DNA of 64,000 nucleotides, taken from positions 3,756-67,755 of the forward strand of contig JAOPVP010000077.1 of assembly GCA_025966135.1 (NCBI GenBank). The letters are read 5' to 3'. The stretch comes from Frankiales bacterium (lineage in GTDB: Bacteria; Actinomycetota; Actinomycetes; Mycobacteriales; SCTD01). The position numbers were made by a program, and so were the translations under genes. Below are positions 9,283 through 18,659 of this stretch, one piece after another. Position 1 is the stretch's first letter. Every line of letters starts with the position of its first letter. The notes beneath the pieces were generated by a model. That model saw only the letters and a program-made list of their open reading frames with translations, did not search any database and was not told the origin of the DNA.

Positions 9283-11169
9283 TCAGCTCCGGGTGAAGTC
9301 AGCGTCGATGACGTCGTCCTCGGACGACCCGCCGGACTGGCCGGCCGAGGCGCTGGTGCCGCTCTCACCAGCAGGGGTCGCCCGGATGCTCAGTGCCTGC
9401 TCCAGCTGCTGCAGCTCCTGCGTGAGCGCCCGCACCTCGTTGAGGGGCGTCTCGTCCCTGATGGCGTTGCGGGCGTCGACCACCAGTCCCTCGGCGCGCG
9501 CCTTGTCGTGCACCGGGGCGTTGTCGCCGACCTCGGCCAGTTTGCGCTCGACCCGGTAGGCGGCGGCATCGAGCTCGTTGCGCGCATCCACTGCTTCGCG
9601 CAGCTGCTTGTCCGACTCCCGGTTGCGGTCTGCCTCGGCCATCATCCGGTCCACCTCGCCACGGTCGAGGTTGGCGCTCTCGCTGATGGTGATGCTCTGC
9701 TCCTTGCCCGTGTCCTTGTCCTTCGCAGAGGCGTTGAGAATTCCGTTGGCGTCGATGTCGAAGGTGACCTCGACCTGCGGCTCACCGCGCCTGGCCGGCC
9801 GGATGTCCTCCAGCCGGAAGCGCCCGAGCACCCGGTTGTCGGAGGCCTTCTCGCGCTCGCCCTGCAGGACCACCACGTCGACGGCCGACTGGTTGTCCTC
9901 GGCGGTCGAGAAGGTCTCGCTGCGGCGCACCGGGATCGTCGTGTTGCGGTCCACGATCCGGGTCATGACGCCACCGCGGGTCTCGACGCCCAGCGACAGG
10001 GGCGTGACATCGAGCAGCAGCACGTCGGAGACGTCGCCCTTCAGCACACCGGCCTGGATCGCCGCGCCCATCGCGACGACCTCGTCCGGGTTCACCGTCA
10101 TGTTCGGGTCCTTGCCGCCTGTCAAGCGACGGACCAGCGCCTGCACAGCCGGGATCCGCGTCGAGCCACCGACCAGGATGACCTCGTCGATGTCGTTGGC
10201 CGACACCTTCGCGTCCTTCATCGCCTGCTGCACCGGGCCAAGGCAGCGCTCGACGAGGTCGTGGGTGATCTCGTCGAACGTCGACCGCATGATGGTGGCG
10301 GTGAGATGCTTCGGGCCACTCGCGTCCGCGGTGACGAATGGCAGGTTGACCTGCGTCTGCGTGACCGAGCTGAGCTCGACCTTGGCCTTCTCCCCGGCCT
10401 CGAAGAGCCGCTGCAGGGCCTGCGGGTCCTTGCGCAGGTCGATGCCGTTGTCCTTCTGGAACTGGTCGGCTAGATAGTCCACCAGCCGGCGGTCGAAGTC
10501 GTCCCCCCCGAGGTGGGTGTCACCGGAGGTGGATCGCACCTCGACCACGCCGTCGCCGACGTCGAGGATGCTCACGTCGAACGTCCCACCGCCGAGGTCG
10601 AACACCAGCACCGTCTCGTGCTGGCGCTTGTCGAGGCCGTAGGCCAGCGCCGCCGCCGTTGGCTCGTTGATGATGCGCAGTACCTCGAGCCCGGCGATCT
10701 TGCCGGCGTCACGGGTTGCCGTGCGCTGCGCGTCGTTGAAGTAGGCCGGGACCGTGATGACGGCCTCGGTCACCTTCTCCCCCAGGAACTTCGCGGCGTC
10801 GTCGACGAGCTTGCGAAGCACCAGGGCGCTGATCTCCTCCGGCGCGTACTTCTTGCCGTGCACGTCGAACCGCACGGTGCCGTCCGGCCCGGGCACCACG
10901 TCGTACGACACCGCCTTGAGCTCCTCGGTGACCTCGTCGTACTTGCGGCCGATGAAGCGCTTGGCCGAGGAGACAGTGCCCTTCGGATTCATGATCGCCT
11001 GGCGGCGGGCCAGCTGCCCGACGAGTCGCTCACCGCTCTCGGTGAAGGCCACCACGGACGGTGTCGTCCGAGCCCCCTCCGCGTTGGGGATGACGGTGGC
11101 CTGCCCGCCTTCGAAGGTCGCGATGACGGAGTTGGTCGTTCCGAGGTCGATGCCGACTGCGCGTGCCAT
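9283..11169 (-). CDS. dnaK: Hsp70 chaperone DnaK
   Basis: '[12 protein letters not shown]', '[12 protein letters not shown]' and '[14 protein letters not shown]' are present. 628 aa. AGGAGA lies upstream of the ATG. Confidence 0.97.
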   Translation of the reverse strand: MARAVGIDLGTTNSVIATFEGGQATVIPNAEGARTTPSVVAFTESGERLVGQLARRQAIMNPKGTVSSAKRFIGRKYDEVTEELKAVSYDVVPGPDGTVRFDVHGKKYAPEEISALVLRKLVDDAAKFLGEKVTEAVITVPAYFNDAQRTATRDAGKIAGLEVLRIINEPTAAALAYGLDKRQHETVLVFDLGGGTFDVSILDVGDGVVEVRSTSGDTHLGGDDFDRRLVDYLADQFQKDNGIDLRKDPQALQRLFEAGEKAKVELSSVTQTQVNLPFVTADASGPKHLTATIMRSTFDEITHDLVERCLGPVQQAMKDAKVSANDIDEVILVGGSTRIPAVQALVRRLTGGKDPNMTVNPDEVVAMGAAIQAGVLKGDVSDVLLLDVTPLSLGVETRGGVMTRIVDRNTTIPVRRSETFSTAEDNQSAVDVVVLQGEREKASDNRVLGRFRLEDIRPARRGEPQVEVTFDIDANGILNASAKDKDTGKEQSITISESANLDRGEVDRMMAEADRNRESDKQLREAVDARNELDAAAYRVERKLAEVGDNAPVHDKARAEGLVVDARNAIRDETPLNEVRALTQELQQLEQALSIRATPAGESGTSASAGQSGGSSEDDVIDADFTRS

Positions 11170-11229
11170 GAAAGGTCTCCTGTGCTCGCCATGGGTCCCG
11201 GACGGATGTCCGCTCAGGGGACGGCACTG

Positions 11230-11267
11230 GGTGACGAACTCAACGCGTCACCGGTCTTCACGACCGG
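11230..11267. promoter_or_regulatory. two adjacent inverted repeats upstream of dnaK (candidate operator)
   Basis: GGTGACG-N9-CGTCACC (11230-11252) overlaps CCGGTC-TTCAC-GACCGG (11251-11267). They lie 60-100 nt upstream of the dnaK ATG. No canonical CIRCE or full HAIR element was seen. Confidence 0.3.
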
Positions 11268-11509
11268 CCGCCCGAGACGTGGCTCCGGCTGCTGTCTCAA
11301 CCGGGGGGCGGCGATCCGCCCGATCCCACGACCTGGCGATGTCCGCTCGGTCGGGACCCAAACCCCCGGTGACAAAAACTTTCCCAGCGGGGTCGGTCTG
11401 CCCAGTGCCGAGGCGGCGTCGTCGCGAGGGCGCAGATCTCCTCGGCGCGCAACAGACGGGCGATGGGCTGCCTCCTGACCGATGCGCGGGCTGACCTCCG
11501 GAGCGGCTC

Positions 11510-11887
11510 GTGGACCTGGTGGACCTGGTGCCACCCGACGGCCGCCTGGTCGGTCGCTGGCAACGCTCGCTGCTGGCGACCGCCCGCGGGCATCGTGACA
11601 CGACCACGGACGTCAGCTGGCTGCAGGGACGCACGTTGTACGTCGACCTCCGCACGCCGGTCCCCGCGGCCGATTTGTCCGCCGTCCGCTGCCTACGCGA
11701 CCTGTCCACCGACCAGGCAGTCGCGCTCGCCGCGGACGGGCCGTGGGCCCGTTGGGTGCGCTGGTCGACCTCCAGCCACCCGCCCGGGCTGTCGACGAGG
11801 TCGAGGCCGGGGCTCATGCCGCTCCAGCGGCGACCCCAGGTACAGCGGCTCAGCCATGCTCGCCGTCCCGCTCCGGATGCCTCCTAG
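11510..11887 (+). CDS. hypothetical protein
   Basis: 125-aa ORF with high third-position G+C throughout and a plausible sequence 'GRWQRSLLATARGHRDTTTDVSWLQGRTLYVDLRTP'. It begins with a 9-bp tandem 'gtggacctg' x2. No domain recognised. Confidence 0.35.
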   Translation: MDLVDLVPPDGRLVGRWQRSLLATARGHRDTTTDVSWLQGRTLYVDLRTPVPAADLSAVRCLRDLSTDQAVALAADGPWARWVRWSTSSHPPGLSTRSRPGLMPLQRRPQVQRLSHARRPAPDAS

Positions 11888-12936
11888 GCGAGGTAGGCGA
11901 TCAGCGCGGCGGCGAACGCGACGTAGAAGCCAGCCGCACGGAGCAGCCGCATGGGGGTGGCCTGGTTGCGCCGGAAAAGTGTGAGCAGGTACACGACGGA
12001 AGCGAGTGTGGCGATGCCTGCGAGGACAAGCGGCGTGTCGAACTTCCACGGTGTGAACAGGAGGCCGAGCGCGGTCGGGACGGTCGCCTGGATCATCATG
12101 GCGCCGCTGATGTTGGCGAGGGCCAGGGGCGTCTTGCCCTGCCGGACCCAGATGATCGCGTTCATGATCTCCGGGAGCTCGGTCGCGACCGGGCTGAGCA
12201 GCAGCGCGACGACAACGGCCGGGAGGCCGAGCGCCGGGCCGGCCCAGTCGAGCTGGGCGACGAACAGTTGGCTCGCCGCGAAGATGACCGCCAGAGTGAC
12301 CAGGGTCTGCGCGACGACGGCGAACGTAGTCGGGACGGGCCGCTGCTTCTGGAAGGTGAGCGGCTCGAGGCCTTCGGCGCTGGCCTGCTCGCCGGTGCCG
12401 CGCATCTCCCGCACCGCATAGGCGCCGTACGCGAGCAGGAACACGATGCCCAGCCACGGCTTGATGCTGAAGGCGACCAGGCCGAGCGCGACCTTGAAGA
12501 CGAAGATCGACAGGAACCAGGTCTGATCGCGGGCAAGACCGGCTATGTCGGTCCCGTCGAGTGGCCCGCGATCAGCCACAGCCACCGGGCCGCCTGGGCC
12601 GCCGGCCAGTGAGGCGACAGTTGCCGCACCGGCTTTGGTGCGATGCCGGAGCAGAAGCATCCCACCGACGACCGCGTACGCCAGCGTCCCCACCACGAGA
12701 GGACCCCCAAGGGCAGCGCCGACACCGATGTCCTTGCCGGAGTGGCCGCCGAACAGGACAGCGACGAACGTGACCACGCTCTCGGGCAGCGCGGTCCCGA
12801 CGGCGGCCAGGATGGTCCCGACCGCGACCGGTCCGACCTTCATGCGGACCCCGAGCCACTCGACGGCGTTCACGAACGCCTCGCAGGCCAGGTAGATCGT
12901 GACGGCGCAGCCGAGCAGGAGAATGACATGAAGCAC
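11884..12936 (-). CDS. CaCA-family sodium/calcium (cation/Ca2+) exchanger membrane protein
   Basis: 350-aa polytopic ORF with two alpha-repeat-like segments ('GTALPESVVTFVAV' and 'PVATELPEIMNAIIWV'). Confidence 0.8.
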   Translation of the reverse strand: MLHVILLLGCAVTIYLACEAFVNAVEWLGVRMKVGPVAVGTILAAVGTALPESVVTFVAVLFGGHSGKDIGVGAALGGPLVVGTLAYAVVGGMLLLRHRTKAGAATVASLAGGPGGPVAVADRGPLDGTDIAGLARDQTWFLSIFVFKVALGLVAFSIKPWLGIVFLLAYGAYAVREMRGTGEQASAEGLEPLTFQKQRPVPTTFAVVAQTLVTLAVIFAASQLFVAQLDWAGPALGLPAVVVALLLSPVATELPEIMNAIIWVRQGKTPLALANISGAMMIQATVPTALGLLFTPWKFDTPLVLAGIATLASVVYLLTLFRRNQATPMRLLRAAGFYVAFAAALIAYLA

Positions 12937-12980
12937 GAACGGATCCTTCCGCGTGAGCCGCGGACCAGGTGCCCGATGCT

Positions 12981-13035
12981 GGGCGACCTCGGCCCACGGC
13001 AGATAGACATCTGACGTCGGCCGAAGGTCTCGCCC
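12981..13035 (-). other. candidate structured 5' leader of the antiporter mRNA (long imperfect hairpin)
   Basis: On the minus strand GGGCGAGACCUUCGGCC...GGCCGAGGUCGCCC can pair (~14 bp, ~24-nt loop), 45-100 nt upstream of the start at 12936. Confidence 0.25.
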
Positions 13036-13073
13036 ACCCGCACCACGCCAGGTGGTGACGGGCCCGGGAACCG

Positions 13074-13091
13074 GGAACCTCGAGAGGTTCC
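13074..13091. promoter_or_regulatory. 18-bp palindrome GGAACCTC-GA-GAGGTTCC in a divergent intergenic region
   Basis: 8+8 perfect arms with a 2-nt centre. It is preceded by tandem CGGGAAC CGGGAAC and by CACCAC-N5-GTGGTG (13041-13057). It lies between the antiporter (-) and cupredoxin (+) genes. Confidence 0.35.
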
Positions 13092-13264
13092 AGCATGTCG
13101 ACTCACCGGCGGAGCGGGCTACTCCCCTTCAACGCGGGCGACTATACCCAACCTGGCCGGAACCTGACGAATCAGGTCCTAGGACGATTGGTCACTTCCG
13201 ATCAGGCCGGGCGGGCTCGACAGTCTCAGCACCGCCCCTTCCCGCGGATCATCGGAGGTCCATC

Positions 13265-13696
13265 GTGCCGCGCTCACCTTCCCGCCTCACCATCGTCCCG
13301 CTCGTCGTCCTCGTCGGGATCGCGCTGACGGGCTGCTCATCCGGGAGCTCGAAGCAGGCGACCGTCAGCCCCCTCACCGCGACGCAGGCCCCAGCGCCGA
13401 CCACCGACGCGACCACGACAGCACCCACCAGCGACACCGCCACCGGATCATCCCTGCAGATCGCCAACTTCACGTACGACCCGACGCCGCTGACGGTTGC
13501 CCCTGGCACGACCATCCCGGTGAAGAACACCGACGGCGCCGAGCACACCGTCACGTCCGACCTGGCCGGGCTGTTCAAAGCTGACGATGTCAAAACCGGG
13601 AAGACCGTCTCGTTCAAGGCCCCGATTAAGCCGGGGACCTACACCTTCCACTGCGACTACCACGCGCGGATGCACGGCACCCTCATTGTCAAGTAG
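13265..13696 (+). CDS. cupredoxin (plastocyanin/amicyanin-like) blue-copper lipoprotein
   Basis: GTG start with GGAGG 7 nt upstream. Lipobox 'ALTGC'. Type-1 Cu ligand pattern 'AEHTV ... FHCDYHARMHG' (His, Cys, His, Met). Confidence 0.8.
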   Translation: MPRSPSRLTIVPLVVLVGIALTGCSSGSSKQATVSPLTATQAPAPTTDATTTAPTSDTATGSSLQIANFTYDPTPLTVAPGTTIPVKNTDGAEHTVTSDLAGLFKADDVKTGKTVSFKAPIKPGTYTFHCDYHARMHGTLIVK

Positions 13697-13878
13697 TCCG
13701 GGGGAAGCCCGACGCGGCCCGTGACAGCCCGTGGCAGCCGGCGGGGGCTGAGCAGCACGCGACGCATTTCAGCCTTGCACTCGGCCAGATGGCGTCGATC
13801 TGCCGCCGCACTCCTGCCCGGCGCTACCCAGGCGTTCGTTGCGCGGGGCGTCAGCGCACTGACACATCTCTCTGCAGC

Positions 13879-14781
13879 TCAGGGCGGTCTGCGGCGGCCG
13901 TTCCCGTCGAGGTGGTCGCGCCAGCTGCGGCTCGGCCGGTAGCCCAGGAGCCGCTCCGCCTTGGCGCAGCTGATGGACGAGGCATCACGCCGTACCAGGT
14001 CCCTGATCTCGATATTGTCGCCGTAGTGCTCCCGCACCGCGGCAGCGAGATCACGCCCTCCGGCGTTGTCCGGCGAGGCGATGTAGAACACCTCGTGACC
14101 CGGCAGGTCGGACTGCACCGAAAGCACGATCGCGTCGGCGAGGTCCTCGACGTCGATGTAGGCCCAGAGCCCCGCCGTCGTCTCCGACGGGTCGCGGATC
14201 AGCGGGCCGAGGTTGCGCTCGTAGTTGTCCGGCGTCTGCACCCAGCTGGGCCGGATGCTGATGCAGCGGATGTCCGAGCGCCGCACCGCTGCGTCCATGA
14301 GCTGCTCACCGAAGGACTTGCTCAGCGCATAAGGGTCCTGAGGGCGTACCGGGTGCTCCTCGTCGACCGGCACGTAGTCCGGCAGGTCCGCCCGTTCCGG
14401 GAAGAAGAACCCGGGCACGGTCTCGGAGCTGATGTTGACGAACCGCGGCACGCCCCAGCGGACCGCCGCCTCGAGCAGGTTGAACGTCGACATCAGGTTG
14501 TTGTGGAAGACCGTGTGCGGCGGGTTCTGCGTCGGCTCCGGGATCGCGGCCGCGTGGACGACCGCGTCGTGCCCACGCACCAGGGCGTACGCGTCACCTG
14601 CGTCGGTGACGTCGGCCTGCTGGTAGCGCGCCTGGCCCGGCAGCGGACGGTCGAACGTCGGCCGGGCGACGTCGACGCCGGTCACCTTGTGCCCGGCCGC
14701 GAGCAGCGCCTCGGAGGTCGCTCGGCCGACCTTGCCGAGGGCTCCGGTGAGCAGGACGCGCATGGGTCCAGTCTGCGCCAT
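13879..14781 (-). CDS. NAD-dependent epimerase/dehydratase (extended SDR)
   Basis: Rossmann motif 'MRVLLTGALGKVG' and 'YALSKSFGEQL' (YxxxK). The start could instead be the second ATG at 14763. Confidence 0.8.
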   Translation of the reverse strand: MAQTGPMRVLLTGALGKVGRATSEALLAAGHKVTGVDVARPTFDRPLPGQARYQQADVTDAGDAYALVRGHDAVVHAAAIPEPTQNPPHTVFHNNLMSTFNLLEAAVRWGVPRFVNISSETVPGFFFPERADLPDYVPVDEEHPVRPQDPYALSKSFGEQLMDAAVRRSDIRCISIRPSWVQTPDNYERNLGPLIRDPSETTAGLWAYIDVEDLADAIVLSVQSDLPGHEVFYIASPDNAGGRDLAAAVREHYGDNIEIRDLVRRDASSISCAKAERLLGYRPSRSWRDHLDGNGRRRPP

Positions 14782-14805
14782 GAAACGCCGGTCAGGCGAC
14801 CCCGG

Positions 14806-15471
14806 TCAGGCAGTGCGGATCCGGACGCAGCAGAACCCGGGCGCGGGATCGAGCACGGCGGTACGCCGACGCTCCCCCAGCCCGTCGAGCACGCCCGCCA
14901 GGAAGTCGAGGTTCATGCCGCACACCAGCCCGCGGTGCTCGTCGGCCAGGGCGTGGAACGGGCAGTTGACCAGCGTGATCCCGCCGTTCTCCTCCTGCGG
15001 CTCGTAGCCGTGCATGGCCAGGGCGCCGACGAGGCCGCCGCTGCGGCGAGCCCGCTTGCCGACTGCTTGACCGGCGTTGCGAGCGACCTCCGCAACGGCC
15101 TCGCCGACGGGCTCTCCGCTGGCACTCGAGCGGGCGACGGCAGAGGCGAGCAGGGAGCCGGCCAGGTCGTACCGACGTGGCGGCAGTGAGACTTCGATCT
15201 CGAGGTCGGACCGGCCGTAGAGCTTCGCGGGTCGCCCTGCTCCGGGTCCGGTCCGCCCCGAGACCCGCTCGAACCGGGTCGTCAGCAGGCCCGCGTCCAC
15301 CAGCTTGTCGAGGTGGAACGCGGCGACCGACCGCGCCACGTCGAGCACCTCAGCGACGGTGTCCTTGCTGACCCACCGCCATTGCACCGCGAGCTCGTAC
15401 GCCTGCCGGCTCAGGGGGTTGCTGAGGGCGGCGACGCCAGCGACGTGGGCCTCGAGTGGTGGCTGCTCCAT
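14806..15471 (-). CDS. winged-helix (ArsR/HTH_20-like) transcriptional regulator with a C-terminal Cys/His domain
   Basis: 'VSKDTVAEVLDVARSVAAFHLDKLVDAGLL' is wHTH-like. The C-terminal part reads 'VNCPFHALADEHRGLVCGMNLDF'. Confidence 0.65.
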   Translation of the reverse strand: MEQPPLEAHVAGVAALSNPLSRQAYELAVQWRWVSKDTVAEVLDVARSVAAFHLDKLVDAGLLTTRFERVSGRTGPGAGRPAKLYGRSDLEIEVSLPPRRYDLAGSLLASAVARSSASGEPVGEAVAEVARNAGQAVGKRARRSGGLVGALAMHGYEPQEENGGITLVNCPFHALADEHRGLVCGMNLDFLAGVLDGLGERRRTAVLDPAPGFCCVRIRTA

Positions 15472-15519
15472 CCCCTGATTCTAAGACCAAGACTTGTTGA
15501 CGCAAGAGGCAGCGCGGGT

Positions 15520-15540
15520 GTTCTATCGCCAGGTTCTATC
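15520..15540. promoter_or_regulatory. direct repeat GTTCTATC x2 (13-nt period) in a divergent promoter region
   Basis: GTTCTATC occurs at 15520-15527 and 15533-15540, between the HTH regulator (-) and the membrane-protein/folE unit (+). TTGACG lies 18 nt upstream. Confidence 0.3.
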
Positions 15541-15560
15541 ACCGTTAGAGAGGCCCATCC

Positions 15561-15983
15561 ATGAGCACCGCACTCGAGCAGCGCCCCACCCAACTCAGCG
15601 ACCCGGTCTTCCAGGCGTTCACCCTGCTCCGCATCGCGTTCGTCGTCGCACCGATCGCCTTCGGCCTCGACAAGTTCGCGCACGTCCTCGTCAACTGGGA
15701 CAGCTACCTGGCGCCGCGCCTCGACCGGCTGATCCCGGGCACCGCCCACCAGGCGATGTACGTCGTCGGCGTCATCGAGGTCGTGGCCGGCCTCGTCGTC
15801 GCCCTCCGCCCGAAGTACGGCAGCCTGCTGGTCGCCGGATGGCTGGCGGGCATCGTCGTCAACCTGCTGCTCATCCCCGGCTACTACGACATCGCGCTGC
15901 GCGACTTCGGCCTGATGCTGGCAGCGCTCACGCTCTTCCGCCTGGCCAGCGCCTACGACAGCCGCCCGCTGCTCCCCCGATGA
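15561..15983 (+). CDS. small integral membrane protein (4 predicted TM; DoxX-like topology)
   Basis: 140-aa hydrophobic ORF with GAGAGG upstream. Its stop overlaps the folE ATG (ATGA at 15980-15983). Confidence 0.6.
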   Translation: MSTALEQRPTQLSDPVFQAFTLLRIAFVVAPIAFGLDKFAHVLVNWDSYLAPRLDRLIPGTAHQAMYVVGVIEVVAGLVVALRPKYGSLLVAGWLAGIVVNLLLIPGYYDIALRDFGLMLAALTLFRLASAYDSRPLLPR

Positions 15984-16570
15984 CGGTCAGCTACCTCGAC
16001 GAGCGGACCGGCCTCGACCTCCGTGCTGCCGAAGACGCGGTTGCTGACCTGCTCCGGGCGCTCGGCCAGGACGTCGACAGCGAGCACCTGCGCGGGACGC
16101 CCGCGCGGGTCGCCCGCTCCTTCGCCGAGCTGCTCACGCCCAGCACCTTCAGCCCGACCTCGTTCCCCAACCGCCAGGGGTACGACGAGCTGGTGGTCGC
16201 TCGCGACATCCCGTTCCACTCCCTGTGCGAGCACCACCTGCTGCCGTTCCGCGGGGTCGCGCACGTGGGCTACCTCCCCGGGGGGCGGTTCCTCGGACTG
16301 TCCAAGCTGGCCCGGGTGGTCGAGATGTTCGCCCGCCGGCTCCAGGTGCAGGAGCGCCTCACCCAGCAGGTGGCGCACTGGCTCGAGGAGCAGCTCGAAC
16401 CCAAGGGCGTCGGCGTCGTGCTCGAGGCCGAGCACCTGTGCATGTCACTGCGCGGCGTCCGGTCGACCGGCGCCCTCACGGTGACCTCGGCGCTGACCGG
16501 AATCATGCGGGAGGATGCTCGTACCCGGACCGAGTTCCTCGCGCTCACCCGACAGCGGAGGCAGGGCTGA
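15980..16570 (+). CDS. folE: GTP cyclohydrolase I
   Basis: 'GTPARVARSFAELL', 'HSLCEHHLLPFRGVAHVGYLP' and 'LQVQERLTQQVA' are FolE signatures. Internal ATG of track ORF 15494..16570. Confidence 0.92.
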   Translation: MTVSYLDERTGLDLRAAEDAVADLLRALGQDVDSEHLRGTPARVARSFAELLTPSTFSPTSFPNRQGYDELVVARDIPFHSLCEHHLLPFRGVAHVGYLPGGRFLGLSKLARVVEMFARRLQVQERLTQQVAHWLEEQLEPKGVGVVLEAEHLCMSLRGVRSTGALTVTSALTGIMREDARTRTEFLALTRQRRQG

Positions 16571-16765
16571 ACGACTCCAGCAGCCTGCTCGTGATCGGGT
16601 GGTGGTCTCGCCGGCGCCAAGGCCGCTCAGGGCGCCCGGGAGGCCGGCTTCGACGGACAGATCTGTCTCGTCGGTGACGAGCCGGTACCGCCGTACGTGC
16701 CCGCTGTCCAAGGAGATCCTGCGCGGCGAGCAGCCGCTCCACAGCTCGCGGGTGCATGAGGGGAC
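16571..16765 (+). pseudogene. 5' fragment of a ferredoxin-reductase-type FAD/NAD(P) oxidoreductase (two or more frameshifts, truncated)
   Basis: Reading across three frames gives 'LLVIG|GGLAGAKAAQGAREAGFDGQICLVGDEPVPPY|RPLSKEILRGEQPL..VHE'. There is one extra G at the GGG Rossmann motif and a second shift at 'PPYV'. Homology ends after ~65 codons. Confidence 0.65.
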
Positions 16766-16863
16766 TACAACCTGCTTCACCAGGCAGCCGGCACCGTGGT
16801 GACCTGCACCCCTGTGAGTTTTGGGCTGCGCGCCGTGCGGCTTAGCGCTGAGGGAGGGGGCGG

Positions 16864-18603
16864 CTATTCGCTACCTAGCTCTCGCAAATTGGTGCGGACG
16901 AGTTCGAGGATCTCCTCGCCGCCTCCAGAAAGGATCGTGCGCGTGGCGTAAAGCGTGAAGCCTTTGGCCTGTTCGAGGGTGACCTTCGGGGGCAGGGAGA
17001 GTGCCTGCCGTGCGGTGCGCACGTCGACGAGGGCCGGGCCGTCATGCGCGAAGGCAGCGGTGAGAGCGCCTTCAAGATCGACCGCGTGCTCGACGCGGAC
17101 TCCGAACAGCCCGGCGGCGGTGGCGATTGCCGCAAAGTCAGGGTTGTCGAGGTCGGTTCCCCAGTTCACTATTCCGGCCGCCTTCATTTCGAGCTCAACG
17201 AAAGACAGTGCCCCGTTATTGAATACGACCACCTTCACCGGAAGATGCAGCTGGCGAAGTGTGATGAGTTCGCCGAGCAGCATTGCCAGACCGCCGTCTC
17301 CGGACAGTGCAACCACCTGGCGACCAGGTTGGCTCGCCTGTACCCCGATCGCCTGCGGAAGGGCGTTGGCCATGGTCGCGTGCGTGAAGGAACCCACAAG
17401 TCTCCTTTGCCCGTTCATGCGTAGGTAGCGGGCCGCCCAGATCGTTGGCGTTCCAACGTCGGGAAGAAATACCGCGTCTTGGGTTGCAAGACGGTCGACA
17501 GTGGCCGCGACGAACTGCGGGTGGATACCGTCGCGGTCACGCGTGCTCGTCGACAACGCGTCAAGGCGCCGACGCGCCCGCTGGTAGTGGGCGAGCATCG
17601 TATCCAGGTGCCCGGACTCGGACTTCGTCTCCAGCAGGGGAAGCAGCGCTCGCGCCGTGTCCCGTGCCGTACCGACGAGCGGTATCTCGACTGGGACTCG
17701 GCGACCGATCTGTTCACCGCGCACGTCGATTTGGATGACCCGCGTGCCCTCAGGCGGGTAGAACGGGCGGTAGGGAAAGTCGGTACCCACCATCAGCAGC
17801 GCATCGCAGTGCTCCATCGCACGGTAGCCCGAACTCCAGCCGATGAGCCCCGTCATACCGACGTCGTAGGGGTTGTCGTACTCGACAAACTCCTTACCCC
17901 GCAGGGCATGCACGATCGGCGCCTTGAGTGACGCGGCGAGTTCGATCAGCTCCTCATGAGCCCCAGCAACCCCTGCGCCAGCGAGGATCGTGACAGCCTT
18001 GGAGTCGTTTAATACCGCGGCAGCGGCTGCGAGCGCCTCGTCGTTCGGAAACACGACAGGGGCCGTCATGCTGATCGGACGAACCTTGAGGTCCGCGGCC
18101 TGGTCAGCCAGCAATACCTCAGCAGGGATGACGACGACCGAGACACCGCTCTTGCTGATCGCGGTCCGCATCGCGATCTCGAGAACGCGCGGCACTTGCT
18201 CTGGGATACTCACCAGTTCGCAGTACACCGCGAGTTCCCGATAGAAGTCCTGAGGATGTGTTTCCTGGAAATACCCGCTGCCAATCTCGTCCCTCGGGAT
18301 GTGCGCCGCGATCGCGAGCACTGGAACCCGGCTTCGGCACGCGTCCCACAGACCGTTGATCAGGTGAAGATTGCCAGGACCGCAACTCGCCGCCGTCACA
18401 GCGAGTTCGCCAGTGATCGCGGCCTCACCAGCGGCGGCGAAAGCAGCGGCTTCCTCGTGCCGAACGTGCTGCCACGACACATCACCGTCTCGCCGCAATG
18501 CGTCGGTGAAGCCATTCAAAGAGTCGCCCGGAATGCCGTACACCCGGCGCACCCCGGACGCCTTCAATGTCGCAACGATGTAGTCAGCACAGGTCTTCGC
18601 CAT
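16864..18603 (-). CDS. poxB: thiamine-diphosphate/FAD pyruvate dehydrogenase (quinone) / pyruvate oxidase
   Basis: 579 aa. '[14 protein letters not shown]...[21 protein letters not shown]...[14 protein letters not shown]...[12 protein letters not shown]' closely tracks PoxB. The gene is visibly less GC-rich than its surroundings. Confidence 0.9.
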   Translation of the reverse strand: MAKTCADYIVATLKASGVRRVYGIPGDSLNGFTDALRRDGDVSWQHVRHEEAAAFAAAGEAAITGELAVTAASCGPGNLHLINGLWDACRSRVPVLAIAAHIPRDEIGSGYFQETHPQDFYRELAVYCELVSIPEQVPRVLEIAMRTAISKSGVSVVVIPAEVLLADQAADLKVRPISMTAPVVFPNDEALAAAAAVLNDSKAVTILAGAGVAGAHEELIELAASLKAPIVHALRGKEFVEYDNPYDVGMTGLIGWSSGYRAMEHCDALLMVGTDFPYRPFYPPEGTRVIQIDVRGEQIGRRVPVEIPLVGTARDTARALLPLLETKSESGHLDTMLAHYQRARRRLDALSTSTRDRDGIHPQFVAATVDRLATQDAVFLPDVGTPTIWAARYLRMNGQRRLVGSFTHATMANALPQAIGVQASQPGRQVVALSGDGGLAMLLGELITLRQLHLPVKVVVFNNGALSFVELEMKAAGIVNWGTDLDNPDFAAIATAAGLFGVRVEHAVDLEGALTAAFAHDGPALVDVRTARQALSLPPKVTLEQAKGFTLYATRTILSGGGEEILELVRTNLRELGSE

Positions 18604-18659
18604 GCCACTGATACCTCCTCGAGTTCAGATCACCAATGAGTCGGTGGCGTGCTACCGGG

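Noticed and set aside
11170-11509. Search for CIRCE or a full HAIR (CTTGAGT-N7-ACTCAAG) operator upstream of dnaK.
   Set aside because: Only a single TTGAGT half-site was found and no CIRCE. I therefore do not call a known heat-shock operator.
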